Source of the DNA: Psammoneis japonica
Lineage: Eukaryota
Direction of reading: 5' to 3'
DNA: 64,000 bases
Assembly (NCBI GenBank): GCA_008632985.1
Contig: QPGO01000042.1
Span: forward strand, 248,001-312,000
Every line of letters begins with the position of its first letter. Position 1 is the first letter of the stretch. This document shows positions 61,758 through 64,000 of the stretch, piece after piece. The notes beneath the pieces are model-generated. The model ran no database searches, was not told where the DNA came from, and saw only the letters and a list, made by a program, of their open reading frames with translations. The position numbers and the translations under genes are program-made.

Positions 61758-62291
61758 CTATGTTCCACCTCCAGAGTGTCCGCCCTCGAAGTCCTTATCC
61801 GGGGCAATGCTCACCGTCAGTCCTTGTCGCTGCAAGCCTAGACAGTACTTCTCCGCTTGCTTCTTCCATGTCTTGGTGACAGTGGCCTTGCCTACCCCGT
61901 GCGTAGTCACACAGATCTCAAAGGCAGCCTTACGATCGAGGGTACCGATACACTTCACAATGCTCCGAATCACATAGTTGAACGTATGAACCTCATCATT
62001 GTGAAGGATCACTCGCCACTGATCCTCTTTCTTCTTTTCCTCCTCCGCTTTCGACTCAGTTCTGTCCTTTGTAATGGTAGAAACACCCTTCTTGGTTGAC
62101 TTGGAGCGTTCTTTCGAGGACATGAAAAGAGCCGTAGAATGACTTCGGCCGGCTACAAGTTGATCCGATAAAGCGATCTCGGCATGAGACTGGTGCAATC
62201 TGGTGGGCAACGGGACAACGACGGAGAATCCCATCGTGCAGCATGCTAGCATCAACAACTGCATCGTTGCGCACAATACAGCCTTCATCAT
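61758..62291 (-). CDS. clpS: Clp protease adaptor ClpS, plastid-targeted
   Basis: WRVILHNDEVHTFNYV..AFEI...H..GKATV core after a signal/transit peptide. Confidence 0.88.
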   Translation of the reverse strand: MMKAVLCATMQLLMLACCTMGFSVVVPLPTRLHQSHAEIALSDQLVAGRSHSTALFMSSKERSKSTKKGVSTITKDRTESKAEEEKKKEDQWRVILHNDEVHTFNYVIRSIVKCIGTLDRKAAFEICVTTHGVGKATVTKTWKKQAEKYCLGLQRQGLTVSIAPDKDFEGGHSGGGT

Positions 62292-62609
62292 TTTTTTCTT
62301 CCTCGAAACTCAACAAAACTCAATATGGAATGAAACGAAAATACACGATATATCGAGAAACCAACGTGCGACGACAATTAATAGAACTAACGAAGCAGGT
62401 TGTCGATGCTCGATGCAGATGCACGATGCACGCATCTGGATTTCCCCTTCAGAAGTAAGTGAAAAAAGCAGAAAACCTTCCACGTGTCGACAGGATGATT
62501 GTTTATGCAGATCTGCACGCCTGGCCCGCCACCTCAATCAATCATCCTGAATGACTCATCATCAGGAACTAACGGGGGGCCGACCAGGATCGTTGCGTCT
62601 CAAATTATC

Positions 62610-64000
62610 TCAAGAGTTCGTTGCAGCCAGGGGAATGTCTGCTTGGCCTTGCATGTGCTGGCAAAACAGAGGTGGCATGGATCGAATGGAAGAACCCCCT
62701 TTGTTGTCAATGCCATTGTCACCTCCCTCGTTTTCTCTTTTTTTTTTTGCTGAAAGGACAACACTTGGAATTGAGGTTCTCAGTCACGTCAACAACTCTC
62801 AACTCGCTCAAAGTGTTGGAACATCAGGGGAAAGTGTCAGCCTGCCCCATGCAGGGCACATGGGCAGACTGTGTGCAGACAATTGTCAGACCATTTTAGA
62901 TGGAAGAGATGGCAATCTCTGTGAGATCTTCTTTCACTCTTTCTCACTGGTGCACGTGTTGTCCACTGTCGCTGGTTTGCAGGGAGCTCTTTAGTGTGTT
63001 GCTCATGCCATTGGCATCCTGACAGGTTGTGGCCTTGCCAGGTTGCTTGTTCCTCTGCAACAAAAATCCCACTTTGATTCATTTGGTTTGTGAGCTCAAC
63101 AAGCCGGCTGCCATTTTTGATCCTGAGTCCGATTTTTTCCATCACAGGTTCTGCAAAACAGCACCGGGTTTTCTGCGCGTGCATGACCAACAAAAATTTT
63201 GTGCACCTCATCAACCATGGCACCCAACTCTTCCAAGAAACAGGCTTGTGATGGCATTGACAAAATGTCTGTGATCTTTGCTCCACACGGACGCAACGAT
63301 GATGCCAGCCGCGCCACTCAGGTCTTCAATGCCCTGTGCCGCAAAAAATCACAATCAATCTGGATCAATTTTTTGATGGTGCAAAATGCAAACCATGCAC
63401 AATCCAAGGACAACATTGTCGATCTGTTGAGAGAACACATCCTCCATGAACTTGTCCTGCCAGAAACCCTCAATCCCGCCAAAGAATCAACAGTCGCATC
63501 TCTCTTCAGGAAGGCTCCCCTCAAGGTTGACAGCCCCCAGAATCCTGCAAACTGGTCTCGCCTTTCCAGGCAGATGTTGGATCACAAAGTTCAGGATGCT
63601 CTCCAAGCCCGCCAATGATGTGTTGTCATGCCACTGCAACATCTGCTGCTTCAGGATCCATGGATGTGAAAGATTTGATTGATGCCCTGAACAACAACTG
63701 TGCAATGTCTCGAGCATCCCCCAAGACAGGATCTGGCACAACCACATCCTTGTCATCAAAATGTCTTTTCAACCCAGATGCTCTGTCTGAGGATGTTTGT
63801 GCTCATTTTGATTGGAATGCTTTGGGAAAAGTCATCCTCCAGAATTCTCTTGCAATGCACTCCAGTGGTCACATGCACCATCTGGATGGCACCAATTGTC
63901 TCCTCCTGGCAGACAGATCACTTTTCACCATGGAAACAACTCTGGACCACAAAGCATGACTCTGTGAACTGTCCTTGTGCCATGATGACACTCCACATGG
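62610..64000. mobile_element. Start of a third degenerate TpA-depleted block (unknown family, runs off the window)
   Basis: Abrupt loss of TpA after about 62606, with Tyr-free Cys/His-rich ORF fragments. Confidence 0.5.

Overview
Eukaryotic nuclear DNA, most likely a diatom or related photosynthetic stramenopile. Evidence: short GT-AG introns, compact genes, bipartite signal+AFAP-type plastid presequences, and nuclear Psb28, ClpS, SOUL and ABC1 kinase genes. Gene-dense segments (about 0.8-25.2, 45.3-52.3 and 57.6-62.3 kb) carry about 20 genes. They alternate with three blocks of decayed mobile/repeat DNA (about 25.4-44.9, 52.4-57.5 and 62.6-64 kb), which include a tyrosine-recombinase retroelement fragment and a near full-length Ambal-like non-LTR retrotransposon. 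The main observation is that TpA is almost erased inside these blocks, converted to TpG or CpA, on top of ordinary CpG decay. This is the opposite direction to fungal RIP. Internal duplicates show the change directly (7 of 8 TpA lost between two 128-bp copies). It turns Tyr codons into His/Cys, including the catalytic Tyr of the recombinase, and has sharp edges. This looks like a repeat-targeted A:T>G:C hypermutation process for which I know no described mechanism. Several host genes carry single-base frameshifts that are probably assembly indel errors, so the signature should be confirmed with independent reads. All counts were made by eye.
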